A stretch of 64,000 nucleotides of DNA, taken from Candidatus Oxydemutator sp. (GTDB lineage: Bacteria > Pseudomonadota > Gammaproteobacteria > Poriferisulfidales > Oxydemutatoraceae). The stretch's first letter is position 1, and each line of letters opens with the position of its first letter. The notes under the pieces were generated by a model, which ran no database searches, had not been told where the DNA came from, and saw only the letters and a list, made by a program, of their open reading frames with translations. The stretch is taken from NCBI GenBank assembly GCA_965203445.1, contig OZ241883.1, forward strand, positions 832,001-896,000, read 5' to 3'. Made by a program: the position numbers and the translations under genes. Of the stretch, positions 1 to 9,700 are shown piece by piece.

Positions 1-92
1 TGCTTTGGACTAACAGGCTGGTGACGGCGCATTGACGATAGAGACTTTTTACTCAACAATACCCGCAACCCATTCCCCGACTGGTTCGCGCC

Positions 93-701
93 ATGCCCAC
101 AACAAGGCCTGCAAAGAATATGCCTCTCCCAGATCCTGACAGAGCAGGGCGATACCGCTGCATCGTGGTCGATCCGCCTTGGGACCAAGGCAAAACCGGT
201 CTGCGCGCCGTGCGCCCCAATCAGGGGATCGCGCTGGATTATCCGACCCTCACGCAACGAGAGATCTTTGAGATCGCGCCGTTGCAGAAGTGGGCCTCGA
301 CAAACGCCTTTCTATGGCTCTGGGCGACCAACAGCCGCTCGCGCTCCAGCGGCAAACCTGTTCTCCAGCAGGCATTTGCACTGATGGAGGCATGGGGGTT
401 TCGCTACTACACCATGCTGACGTGGGACAAAAAAACCGGCCCGTGCCCGTTCGGCCCCTACCAGATCACCACCGAACACTGCCTGTTCGGCTATCGCGGA
501 AAATGCGCGTTTGCCAAAGAATCCCTCGGCAAGATGAAGACGTGCTTTGAGGCCCGCGCAACCCGACACAGCGAAAAACCATCGGACTTTTACCGCGGGC
601 TCAGACAAAACTTTCCCGCCCCCCGGCTCGACGTTTTTGCGCGCGGGCCTCACTCCGGTTTTGACGGTTGGGGACTGGAAGCAAAAAGACGGGCGGCGTA
701 G
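93..701 (+). CDS. MT-A70 family (beta-class) N6-adenine methyltransferase
   Basis: YRCIVVDPPW catalytic motif, FLWLWATN, WGFRYYTMLTWDK, TEHCLFG, HSEKP, RLDVFAR and GFDGWG are the MT-A70 motif series. The true start may be the ATG at 120. Confidence 0.9.
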   Translation: MPTTRPAKNMPLPDPDRAGRYRCIVVDPPWDQGKTGLRAVRPNQGIALDYPTLTQREIFEIAPLQKWASTNAFLWLWATNSRSRSSGKPVLQQAFALMEAWGFRYYTMLTWDKKTGPCPFGPYQITTEHCLFGYRGKCAFAKESLGKMKTCFEARATRHSEKPSDFYRGLRQNFPAPRLDVFARGPHSGFDGWGLEAKRRAA

Positions 702-1504
702 CTTCTCGCGCCAATCGCTTGAACGGCGCCGAGTGGCTGAAGAATTCCTTCAGCATCTGGCGCGACCTGCCAAGAGACGGCGATAGAAAATCGCACCCCG
801 CGGCTTTTCCCGTTTCCTTGGTTAAAAAAACCCTGGATTGTTATGCAAACGGGTCCAGTAGTCTGGTTCTCGACCCCTTTGCAGGTTCTGGTTCCACCCT
901 GCTTGCCGCAAGCGCACAGGGCATACGCTCCGTCGGGCTGGACGTGAACAAGAAGTTCAAGGAGGTTTTTCTTAACCGTCTTGATCTATTCGACACCCAG
1001 GAACAAGGTGAGAACGGCAGCCTCTGGCGCTATGAGATTTGCGACGCGAGAAACCGTTCTGCTTTTTTTGAGATCGTACAGGAGAATTCCGTTGATTTGT
1101 GCATCACCTCACCACCTTACTGGAATATTCTGAATCGGCGGCGCTCCAGCGACGGCAAGACCGCCATTGCTTACTCCGATTCCGATTCCGACATCGCCAA
1201 TATCCCGTCCTACAAGGGGTTTTTACGCGCCTTCGGCGACGTGGCGCAAAATATCGGGAAAGCGCTGAAACATCGGGGGTATCTCATCCTGAACGTGATG
1301 GATCTCCGCAAGGGGAGCAAATTTTACCCGCTGCATCAGGATGCGTCCCTGGTAGTACAGGAACGTGGCGGGCTCGTGTTGAACGATATTATCGTGTGGG
1401 ATCGCCAAAAGGATTACAATTCTATGCGTCCCCTGGGTTATCCGCACAAGTTTATCGTCAATAAAGTCCACGAATACCTCCTCGTGTTTAGAAAAGAAAA
1501 ATAA
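668..1504 (+). CDS. DNA amino-methyltransferase, SPPY type (probably N4-cytosine)
   Basis: HPAAFP, then SAM-binding motif I VLDPFAGSGST, then catalytic DLCITSPPYW, IIVWD and a C-terminal HEYLLVFRK. Motif I precedes motif IV. The start is uncertain (TTG 668, overlapping the upstream gene). Confidence 0.85.
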   Translation: MGTGSKKTGGVASRANRLNGAEWLKNSFSIWRDLPRDGDRKSHPAAFPVSLVKKTLDCYANGSSSLVLDPFAGSGSTLLAASAQGIRSVGLDVNKKFKEVFLNRLDLFDTQEQGENGSLWRYEICDARNRSAFFEIVQENSVDLCITSPPYWNILNRRRSSDGKTAIAYSDSDSDIANIPSYKGFLRAFGDVAQNIGKALKHRGYLILNVMDLRKGSKFYPLHQDASLVVQERGGLVLNDIIVWDRQKDYNSMRPLGYPHKFIVNKVHEYLLVFRKEK

Positions 1505-1507
1505 CCG

Positions 1508-2452
1508 ATGCCGCAGAGTTTGTTTTCAGGCGACGAGATCTACAAGATCTTAGGGTACTTGGCGCATCCGCACGTGGCGATGCGCTACGACGTGCAGGTG
1601 CCGCCTCAAAAGCAGGAGGAATTTGAGTCGGAGTACCAGGAGTTGACCGGCGAACGGTGCCGTGCCCCAGGGCCGGGTTCCCGGGGATACTCCGTTTTAG
1701 GAGAGCACGTTGACAAGTACGCGGTTCAATATCGCTTTTCCTATGTCCCTGTGGGGATGGTTCCATTGTCACTGCAGAAAATTTCCAGGGATGCGGCTTC
1801 TGGCAGAAAACGCATAAGCAACAAAGAATTGGTCCTCGCAATGTTTAAGAATGGTCTCGTTTTGGGGGCGAATCCCTCACGCAAAATGATCATCTCCAAG
1901 ATGGATCCCGCCCGCCACGTTCGTTTTGAGCTCGGTTATGCCACCGCATCTATTGAGGGAGAAACTCTGAACTTCGCGGACTTTGAAGACAACTTTTCCG
2001 CTATAAAAACCAAACTGGAGGAGGCGTTTTCCTTGTTCGACGAAAAGCCTCATAAGATGGTTGCCTCCGTCAGAATAGGCCGTGCAGTGGCCTTTCGTCA
2101 CCACGTTTTGAAGGCTTACGGCAATCAATGTTGCCTGTGTTCCGATTCTTTGATGGATTTATTTGGAACACACGAGACTGAAGCGGCGCATATCGTCCCC
2201 AAAAGATTGCACGGTTCAGATGACGTCAGGAACGGACTTGCATTGTGCCGCAAACACCACTGGGCTTATGATCGCGGCTTGTTTGGCATAGAGAAAAATT
2301 ACTCGGTGGTGATTCCCGACAAGGTTGCCGCTATTCCCGAAAATGCATCTCTTGCGCGCTACCAGGGTGCGCCTGTCAGGGTTCCGCAGGCGAACATGGC
2401 CGCGGATCACGCTGCCCTTCAATGGCACCGGGAAAATATTTTGTCGGACTGA
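1508..2452 (+). CDS. HNH endonuclease (HNH_2-like), putative restriction endonuclease
   Basis: C-terminal FRHHVLKAYGNQCCLC...EAAHIVPK...DDVRNGLALCRKHHWAYDRGLF...ALQWHRE. Starts 3 nt after the MTase stop, so likely the same operon. The N-terminal ~170 aa were not recognised. Confidence 0.85.
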   Translation: MPQSLFSGDEIYKILGYLAHPHVAMRYDVQVPPQKQEEFESEYQELTGERCRAPGPGSRGYSVLGEHVDKYAVQYRFSYVPVGMVPLSLQKISRDAASGRKRISNKELVLAMFKNGLVLGANPSRKMIISKMDPARHVRFELGYATASIEGETLNFADFEDNFSAIKTKLEEAFSLFDEKPHKMVASVRIGRAVAFRHHVLKAYGNQCCLCSDSLMDLFGTHETEAAHIVPKRLHGSDDVRNGLALCRKHHWAYDRGLFGIEKNYSVVIPDKVAAIPENASLARYQGAPVRVPQANMAADHAALQWHRENILSD

Positions 2453-2473
2453 ATCAACTGTGACGTCGGGTCT

Positions 2474-3823
2474 TTATGTACCGTTCCCGTCCTCTATTTT
2501 GTCGCCAAGAAGGCAATATCTGCCATACATAACGGGGTATATCAGTGGACTGTTATAAATAACTGCGCTTGCCAGATTACTGCTCATTCCCCCCCTGACC
2601 AGGTTGTTGCGAAGATCAATAAATCGCATGGGGGTACCGATCCCTCTCGTCGCCTCAAGCAGTTTTTTATCAAGATCACTGAGATCAGCAAAAGTGACAT
2701 TGTCTTTTCGTATAATCTCTTCGCCATGGATATCGAACCACCCAGTCTGCCGCAGCATTTCCAACAAGGTAGTTTTTGAAGGTGCTTCCTGGATGGTTTT
2801 GGCCCTCTCAAGCGCTCTTATCACCTCGTCGGCATAGAGACGCCCGACAAGAGAAAATATCTTTTTGCAGACAAAGACCACTTTGTTATGTCGCCAGTTG
2901 ACGCGCCAGAATACTCCGGCGGGTCTATCCAACCACGCATAATCGGGACTCGCCTCGACGAACCGGGCAGCCGAGTCGGAAAGACCCGTTTCGTCCACGT
3001 TTGCGAACGGTTTATTTCTGAGCGAGACAAGCGCCTTTTTTGCTTTTTCAACGCGTTGTCGGTCACGAACCGAAATTAAAATCCCGTCGAATTCCATTAT
3101 CTCCCATGGAGTTTCAGACAATTCCGCCGCCTTGCGCAATGCCTCGTATGACAATCCTGTTTCAGAAACACCCTCCTTTTGCAGTAGTTCGGGAACGCCT
3201 CGTTTGTCCATAGGGAGAGTACTCTCCACCAACCGCAAGGCCTTCAAAAGCATGGGAGGACAACGACCGGCAAGAAAATCATTAATGTCTTTTTCAACTT
3301 CTTTTACGATTTGTCTAATACGCTCTCGCGTCACACCGATGTCTGTCCCCAGAACCTCCAATGTAGGAATACGGTTTCCGTGCCATCCGAATCTGGTCAT
3401 GGCTACTTGCCGCCGACGCGGTCTGGCAATTCTATGAACGATAAAGTGAAGTTCTTGATCAACGGTGTTGAGTGGATGCTCCCAAAGTGGCATGCAAGGA
3501 TCGGCGTTTCGGCTGATCCCTCGTTCCTGCAAAGACTGCGCGTCAAAAATCAGGTGGCGTCCCAATCCCTTTGCTTTCAGTAGCGCTTTGAGAAAATCAT
3601 CGAAATTGACATTGAGCCGCAGTCCGTGCGCTTCAAGAGCATTGATGATTTCTCTAAGTGTTTTTTGCCCCAAATTCGGGATATCGGATAGCGAAGCCTC
3701 ATCCTGCCGTGCAAGCCTCCTCACGGTATCAATGCCCTGGCCACGCAAACAATTCAGCGCACGGACACTTAGCACGAGTGCCTCAACTTTTACTTCAATA
3801 TCTATGTTCTGTGGAACACACAT
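2474..3823 (-). CDS. RNA polymerase alpha-CTD-like domain fused to a sigma70 region-4 HTH and an unrecognised C-terminal region
   Basis: LSVRALNCLRGQGIDTVRRL...LSDIPNLGQKTLREI resembles the RpoA CTD. RFGW...TLEVLGTDIGVTRERIRQIVKE is the sigma70 region 4.2 signature. The alpha-NTD and sigma region 2 are absent, so it is neither rpoA nor a true sigma factor. Confidence 0.8.
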   Translation of the reverse strand: MCVPQNIDIEVKVEALVLSVRALNCLRGQGIDTVRRLARQDEASLSDIPNLGQKTLREIINALEAHGLRLNVNFDDFLKALLKAKGLGRHLIFDAQSLQERGISRNADPCMPLWEHPLNTVDQELHFIVHRIARPRRRQVAMTRFGWHGNRIPTLEVLGTDIGVTRERIRQIVKEVEKDINDFLAGRCPPMLLKALRLVESTLPMDKRGVPELLQKEGVSETGLSYEALRKAAELSETPWEIMEFDGILISVRDRQRVEKAKKALVSLRNKPFANVDETGLSDSAARFVEASPDYAWLDRPAGVFWRVNWRHNKVVFVCKKIFSLVGRLYADEVIRALERAKTIQEAPSKTTLLEMLRQTGWFDIHGEEIIRKDNVTFADLSDLDKKLLEATRGIGTPMRFIDLRNNLVRGGMSSNLASAVIYNSPLIYPVMYGRYCLLGDKIEDGNGT

Positions 3824-3856
3824 GATGGTGGTTTTTTGCCTTTGCCCCGTACCGCC

Positions 3857-4141
3857 TTATTCCCAAACAAGCGTGGCTGCTTCGAGGTTGTTCCTCGGAA
3901 CGATCAACGACGTGTCGCCGCCGCGATATTCGACGAACTCATAAAGAGACGTGATCTTCTGCATTTTGCCGGATTTCATTCGGGCGGCAATTTTGCCGTA
4001 ATTCATCCAGTAGTCATCAAACCACCCTTCCCCGAGTTTCGCAAACGTCCCGTTCCCCGAAGTACCGTCCTGCATGCGAGCGCAAAATTTCCCGTCACCG
4101 GAAGGCGGCTTCCAGTTCTGCGGCCAGTTCCGCCAATCCAA
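3857..4141 (-). CDS. Hypothetical small protein, start uncertain
   Basis: A 94-aa Trp-rich ORF fills the gap between two minus-strand genes. Its TTG start overlaps the ATPase 3' end. No recognisable motif. Confidence 0.35.
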   Translation of the reverse strand: MDWRNWPQNWKPPSGDGKFCARMQDGTSGNGTFAKLGEGWFDDYWMNYGKIAARMKSGKMQKITSLYEFVEYRGGDTSLIVPRNNLEAATLVWE

Positions 4142-5306
4142 TCGCCTCTATCCCTTGCCCTTTCGGGTAGCGGTCGTCGCCGGCGTGGACGAGGAAGGCC
4201 TTGTCGGGCTTCACGTCGGCGAGGGCGGTGCGCAATCCCTTGTCGGCAACGGGCGCCAGTGCGCGCTTTATTTCGACGGCCCAAACCCGGGCGCCCGGCA
4301 GTTCCAGGACAAGGTCAATCTCGACGCCGGTCGCAGTGCGGTAGAAGCTGGCCTGCGTGCGTTGCGGCGCCGCCCGCAGCAGCGTCTCGATGACGAAACC
4401 CTCCCAGCTGGCGCCCGCTATCGGATGGCCGAGCACGGCGGCGGCATCGTCGAGCCGCAGCAGCGCGTGGACGATGCCGCTGTCGCGCACGTACACCTTG
4501 GGCGCCTTCACCAATCGTTTGCGCACGTTGGCGTGCAACGGCTGCAAACGGCGGACGAGCAGAAGGTCGTCCAGCAGGTCCACGTAGCGGGCTACGGTCT
4601 TGCCGTCCACGGCCAGGCTTCTCGCCAGCGTAGCGGCGTTCCAGAGGCCGCCCTGGGCGTGCGCGAGCATGGTCCAGAAGCGGCGCAACGTCTGCGCCGG
4701 AACGCGCGGGCCGAACGCGGGCACGTCCCGTTCCAGGTACGTGCGGATGAAGTTCTCTCGCCACAGCGCGCCGGCGGCGTCGCTTGCAGCGAGAAAACTG
4801 CGCGGAAATCCGCCTCGAATCCACAGACGCCGGCGTTGCCGCTCGCCCACCTCGCGGATATCGAAGGGGGCAAGTTCCAGATACGCGATACGGCCCGCCA
4901 GACTCTCGCCGGACTGCCGCAACAAATCCATCGAGGCGGAACCGAGCAGTAGAAACTGCCCCGCCGACTCGCCCTGGCGGATTCGCTCGTCAATGATCCC
5001 GCGCAATACCTGCATCAGCTGCGGCGCGCGATGAATCTCATCGAGCACCACGAGACGGCCGCGTTGCGCGTCGAGATAACCGCGCGCGTCGGCGAGTTTT
5101 TCCTGGTCGACGGGGTTCTCCAGGTCGAGATACAGGCCCGGCTTTCGCGCCCGTCGCCGGTGTCGCGCGGCGCCCGCCCGCCCAACGTCCCGCGCAACGG
5201 CTTGCGCGAGCGTCGTTTTGCCAACCTGGCGCGGCCCTATAAGAGCGACGGCGGGGAACAGCCGCAGGTGTTCTTCCAGGCGTGCGGCGAGAAGCCGCGG
5301 TATCAT
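4095..5306 (-). CDS. AAA_14 family ATPase with C-terminal DUF4143 and PD-(D/E)xK-like tail
   Basis: Walker A GPRQVGKTT, Walker B VVLDEIHR, FLLLGSAS, ESLAGRI, GGFP, TYLERD, KAPKVYVRDSG, GASWEGFV and EIDLV...AVEIK. Start placed at MIPR (5306) rather than 5336. Confidence 0.9.
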   Translation of the reverse strand: MIPRLLAARLEEHLRLFPAVALIGPRQVGKTTLAQAVARDVGRAGAARHRRRARKPGLYLDLENPVDQEKLADARGYLDAQRGRLVVLDEIHRAPQLMQVLRGIIDERIRQGESAGQFLLLGSASMDLLRQSGESLAGRIAYLELAPFDIREVGERQRRRLWIRGGFPRSFLAASDAAGALWRENFIRTYLERDVPAFGPRVPAQTLRRFWTMLAHAQGGLWNAATLARSLAVDGKTVARYVDLLDDLLLVRRLQPLHANVRKRLVKAPKVYVRDSGIVHALLRLDDAAAVLGHPIAGASWEGFVIETLLRAAPQRTQASFYRTATGVEIDLVLELPGARVWAVEIKRALAPVADKGLRTALADVKPDKAFLVHAGDDRYPKGQGIEAIGLAELAAELEAAFR

Positions 5307-5316
5307 CCTTCCCATC

Positions 5317-5351
5317 CTTGCAATTATGGAATACAAGTCCCGAATTGCAAG
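5317..5351. promoter_or_regulatory. 9-bp inverted repeat (candidate operator) between the divergent ATPase and dprA
   Basis: CTTGCAATT (5317-5325), a 17-nt spacer, then AATTGCAAG (5343-5351), 10 nt upstream of the ATPase ATG. A TACAAT -10-like hexamer lies at 5377-5382 on the plus strand. Confidence 0.45.
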
Positions 5352-5589
5352 TTTTCATTTTCTGCGGGGGCTTATATACAATGCCGCCCGCAATGGCGGA
5401 ACTTGCGACGCTGACTGGTGTCGTCACTGCGACCACGTACGGCGACCGAGCACGCTCTTGGCGCTGCGGCTGACCACGAAGGCGGCCAGGTTGCTTCCAG
5501 GCCAAATCTCTCCCAAAATATCAGGGCGTTCCATTTGCGTTCGGCGCTGGTCGTCATGCGCCTCCATACGGTTTGCACAACACACCGGC

Positions 5590-6711
5590 ATGAATGAAAA
5601 ACACAACGTCGAACAATGGCTGACGCTGAATCGCGCGCCGGGCGTAGGCCCCAGACGGTTTCTCGAGCTGCTGGAGCATTGCGGCGGCATCGGCGGCGTG
5701 TTCGAGGACGGCGCGCGCGCCGGGCTTTCGGACGAGACGATCCGCTTTCTGCGCGCGCCCGAGCGGGCGCCGATAGAAGCCGACCTCGAGTGGTTGCGCG
5801 AACCTGGGCACAGCCTCGTGACGTTCGCCGACCAAGACTATCCGAAACAGCTGCGGCAGCTGAAGGACGCGCCGCCGCTGTTGTTCGTAAAAGGCGACGC
5901 GGCGCTGCTGGGCGACCCGCAGATCGCCGTCGTCGGCGCGCGCGGGCCGACGCCCGCCGGGCGCGACTTGGCGCGCTGCCTGGCCCGCGACCTCGCGCAG
6001 AGCGGCATGCTCGTGACCAGTGGTCTCGCGCGTGGCATAGACACCGCCTCCCACCAGGGCGCGCTCGACGCCGGGCATCCCACCGTCGCGGTGATTGCGA
6101 CCGGGCCGGACTTGATCTATCCGGCGGAGAACAAATCGCTGGCGCAGGCGATCGCCGAACGCGGCGCGCTGGTATCCGAGTTCGCGTGCGGCACGCCGCC
6201 GCTCGCGGCGCATTTCCCGCGCCGCAACCGGATCATCAGCGGTCTGGCGCTCGGCGTGCTCGTGATCGAGGCCGGCGAGCGTAGCGGTTCGCTGATCACC
6301 GCACGCCTTGCCGGCGAGCAGGGACGCGAGGTGTTCGCGGTGCCCGGTTCGCCGCGCAACCCCATGGCCAGGGGCTGCCACCGCCTGATCCGGCAGGGCG
6401 CGACCCTGGTCGAGAACGCGCGCGACGTGCTGGCCGAGTTGCAGCCGCAAATCCGCGGCTTGTTGAAGCGCGATCAACCGGCGGACGCGGCAGCGACGGG
6501 GGGACGCGCGCCGGCGACGGACACCGGGGACAACGTGCTCGACGCCGAACACCTGGCGCTGCTCGAGCAGGTCGGCTTCGAACAAGTGACGGTGGACGCG
6601 CTGGTCGAGCGCAGCGGCCTGCCGGTACAGCAGGTGTCGGCGATGCTGTTGATGCTGGAGCTGGAAGGCTACGTCGCCTCCGGCGGCGGCTTTTATCAGC
6701 GCCTCAGATAG
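5590..6711 (+). CDS. dprA: DNA-processing protein DprA (Smf)
   Basis: DYPKQL...PPLLFVKGD, IAVVGAR, VTSGLARGID, HFPRRNRIISGL, SGSLITA, GREVFAVPGS, GCHRLIRQGA and C-terminal winged helix LLMLELEG. Start moved from 5218 to the ATG at 5590. Confidence 0.96.
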   Translation: MNEKHNVEQWLTLNRAPGVGPRRFLELLEHCGGIGGVFEDGARAGLSDETIRFLRAPERAPIEADLEWLREPGHSLVTFADQDYPKQLRQLKDAPPLLFVKGDAALLGDPQIAVVGARGPTPAGRDLARCLARDLAQSGMLVTSGLARGIDTASHQGALDAGHPTVAVIATGPDLIYPAENKSLAQAIAERGALVSEFACGTPPLAAHFPRRNRIISGLALGVLVIEAGERSGSLITARLAGEQGREVFAVPGSPRNPMARGCHRLIRQGATLVENARDVLAELQPQIRGLLKRDQPADAAATGGRAPATDTGDNVLDAEHLALLEQVGFEQVTVDALVERSGLPVQQVSAMLLMLELEGYVASGGGFYQRLR

Positions 6712-6730
6712 CGCCCCACCTTAGGCGACG

Positions 6731-6782
6731 CCTCGGGAGGCCACCGAGGACGACGCGGGCGCCGGCTTCCAGGCAGCCCGCG
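6731..6782. terminator. Two GC-rich hairpins between the convergent dprA and giant-gene stop codons
   Basis: CCTCGG...CCGAGG (6731-6749) and CGCGGGC...GCCCGCG (6754-6782). There is no U-tract, so these are not canonical intrinsic terminators. Confidence 0.3.
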
Positions 6783-6790
6783 CACAACGC

Positions 6791-9700
6791 TCAGGGGGCC
6801 GGGAAGCAGAGCGCGCAGTCGGGAATGGAGAGGGCGCCGTTCTGTATGATACGGAATTGATCCGCCGAGAGAACGTCGCCGTCAAAGTCCACGTCGGCAT
6901 CAATGACGTAGGAACCCGCGGCATCGGGAACGGCGTAATGGACGCCGCCGATAGCCGTCAGGTTGTGGACGCGAATAAACGCCTCGTCGGCAGCGTTGAT
7001 CCTGCCGTCTCGGTTGACGTCGCCGGCATACATCACGAACTCACCATTCGGCAAGGCCCGCTGACGATCCAGGTACGCCTGCTCGGTCCTGAAGTCCGCG
7101 CAATAGGCCGCCGCGTCGTCGGCACAACGCGCCAGCGCGGCCGCGGACATCACCGACAGATGGTTGCGGTGGTGTATCAGCACGTATAAATCCGGCGCCC
7201 GGTCGTCTATCACCACGCCAAAACGCACGTCCCCGCCGCGTATGACCCGATCCACGCCGACGACGTCGCCGTTGCTCAAAAGCAACGCCGCCTGCTTGCC
7301 CAGCGAGGTCGAAGTGGTGGCCGCAGAAGCACCGGCACCGCCGGCCGTCGCCCGCAGCTCGACCAACACCCAATCCACTATCGGCGCGGACACCGTCGAC
7401 GGCACGCTCGCCGCAGCCGCGCTCCACGGCGACGACCGATACGGCTGGCTCGCCGGCAGGTAGCTCCTATACGTGGTCTTCATCGGACGCCCGATGCCGT
7501 ACGCACCCTGCAAATATGCGCCGACGCGTATCGTCGCCCCCACCACGTCTTCGTCACGCACGATCAACGTTACCGAGTCCGCGCTTACAATCGAATAGTA
7601 GCCGCTTACCTCGTGGCTCAACGTGACCACCTCGTCGTCCACCGTTGCGTCGCCCGCCACGGACACCGTGACCGATTGCGACGTACGCCAGTTCGACGTC
7701 GTGAAGGTCAGCGTAGAGGCCGACACGCTCACGTCCTCGTTGTCGCTCCTTACGGTAATCGTCACGTCGCCTTGCGGCGCCTCGGTCAGCACCATCCTGT
7801 AGGTCGCCGTGGCGCCCTCCGACAATTCCAGCCTGGTCGGGTTCACGAACACGTGGGCATAGCGCACCGCAACAACCACCGTGTCGGTGTCCGAATACTC
7901 CCCGCGCGCGTCCTGCACGCGCAACGAGAACACCAGGTCCGCATCGACGTTCCCCGGCAGTTGCAGCGGCGTCGTGAAGGTCGGCGCCACCGCGGACGCG
8001 TCGCTCAACGTGACTCCCGGGCCGCTGGTCTGGCTCCAGCTATACGTCAGATCCTCGTCCTCGGGGTCGGAACTGCGGCTGCCGTCCAGGAACACCAACA
8101 CACCTTTGTCCACCACCTGATCGTCCCCGGCATCCGCCGTCGGCGCGTCGTTCGCACCCGGACGCACCGTGACCACCACCGTGTTCGTCGTCTGACCGCT
8201 CAACTGCCGTTCCACGGGCGACGACAGTCCGCGCGTGTCCGACACCACCAGCACGAACGTCAGGGTCTCGCTACTCGCCAACTGCACTGGTGCCGTGAAC
8301 GTCGCGCTGCGCATCCCGGCGCCGTGCAGTGTCACCATACTGCCGCTGACCTGACGCCAGCCGTACGTCAGAACCTCTCTCTCCGGATCGCTGCTGCCGA
8401 CGCCGTCCAACGTTACCACGTCGCCCTCGTCCACTACCTGATCGGCGCCCGCGTCCGCCGTCGGCGCGTCGTTTTCGCCCGGACGCACCGTGATCACCAC
8501 CAGGTTCCTCGTCATGCCGTCAAACTGCGCTTCCACGGGCGACGACAGACCGCGCACGTCCGACACCACCAGCACGAACGCAAGGGTCTCGCTACTCGCC
8601 AACTGTAGCGGCGCCGTGAACGTCGCGCTGCGCATCCCGGCACCGCGCAACGTCACCTGGCTGCCGCTGATCTGACGCCAGCCATACGTCAGATCCTCTC
8701 TCTCCGGATCGCTGCTGCCGACACCGTCCAGCGTTACCACGTCGCCCTCGTCCACCACCTGATCGGCGCCCGCGTCCGCCGTCGGCGCGTCGTTCTCGCC
8801 CGGACGCACCGTGACCACCACCGTGTTCGTCGTCCTGTCGGCAAACCGCGCTTCCCGTGGCGATGACAAACCGCGCGTGTCCGACACCACCAGCACGAAC
8901 GAAAGGGTCTCACTGCTCGCCAACTGTAGCGGCGCCGTGAACGTCGCACTGCGCATCCCGGCACCGCGCAACGTCACCTGGCTGCCGCTGACCTGACGCC
9001 AACCATACGTCAGATCCTCTCTCTCCGGATCGCTGCTGCCTACGCCGTCCAGCGTTACCACGTCGCCCTCGTCCACCACCTGATCGGCGCCCGCGTCCGC
9101 CGTCGGCGCGTCGTTCTCGCCCGGCAACACCTCGACCGACACCTCGGCAGACGAACTCGCATTGCGCCGATCCGTCGCCGTCAGCCGGAATACCAGCGTC
9201 GCCGTCTCCGCCAACTGCACCGGCGCCGTGAACGTCGCCACCGACGACGTCGGCTCGCCCAGCCCCACGTCAATACCGCCAATCTGTTCCCATCTATACG
9301 ACAGACGGCCACCATCGGTGTCCGTCGCACTGCCGCGCAACGTGACCTCGGCACCTTCGGCAACCACTTGATCGGAACCGGCATCCACCATCGGCGGCGT
9401 GTTGACGCCCAACTCCACATAGACCACCAAGTCATCGGTCGTCGCGGCACCGCGCTCGTCCGTAACACGCAACGCAAACGCTATCTCCGTCGCCGCACTC
9501 AAACCCGTCGGCACCACAAAGCTCACAGTCCTCGACGACGCATCGCTCAACGTAACGCCCAGCACCTCCGCACCGCTGGTCTGACTCCACCGATACCTCA
9601 ACTCCTCGCCCTCAGGATCATAGGCGCTGCCGCGCAATACCACCACGTCGCCCTCGCCCGCAAGCAGATCATCGCCCGCGTCCACCACCGGCGCGTCGTT

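Noticed and set aside
1175-1192. TCCGAT-type hexamer repeat (SDSDSD) and 7-nt homopolymers in the MTases as phase-variation tracts
   Set aside because: The hexamer is in frame with only three copies, and the homopolymers are too short to be convincing.
2474-3823. Annotation as rpoA or a sigma factor
   Set aside because: Only the alpha-CTD and sigma region 4 are present. The alpha-NTD and sigma region 2 are missing.
5218-5589. 124-aa N-terminal extension of DprA given in the ORF track
   Set aside because: It overlaps the divergent ATPase start and the AT-rich promoter-like region. DprA similarity begins at MNEKH (5590).
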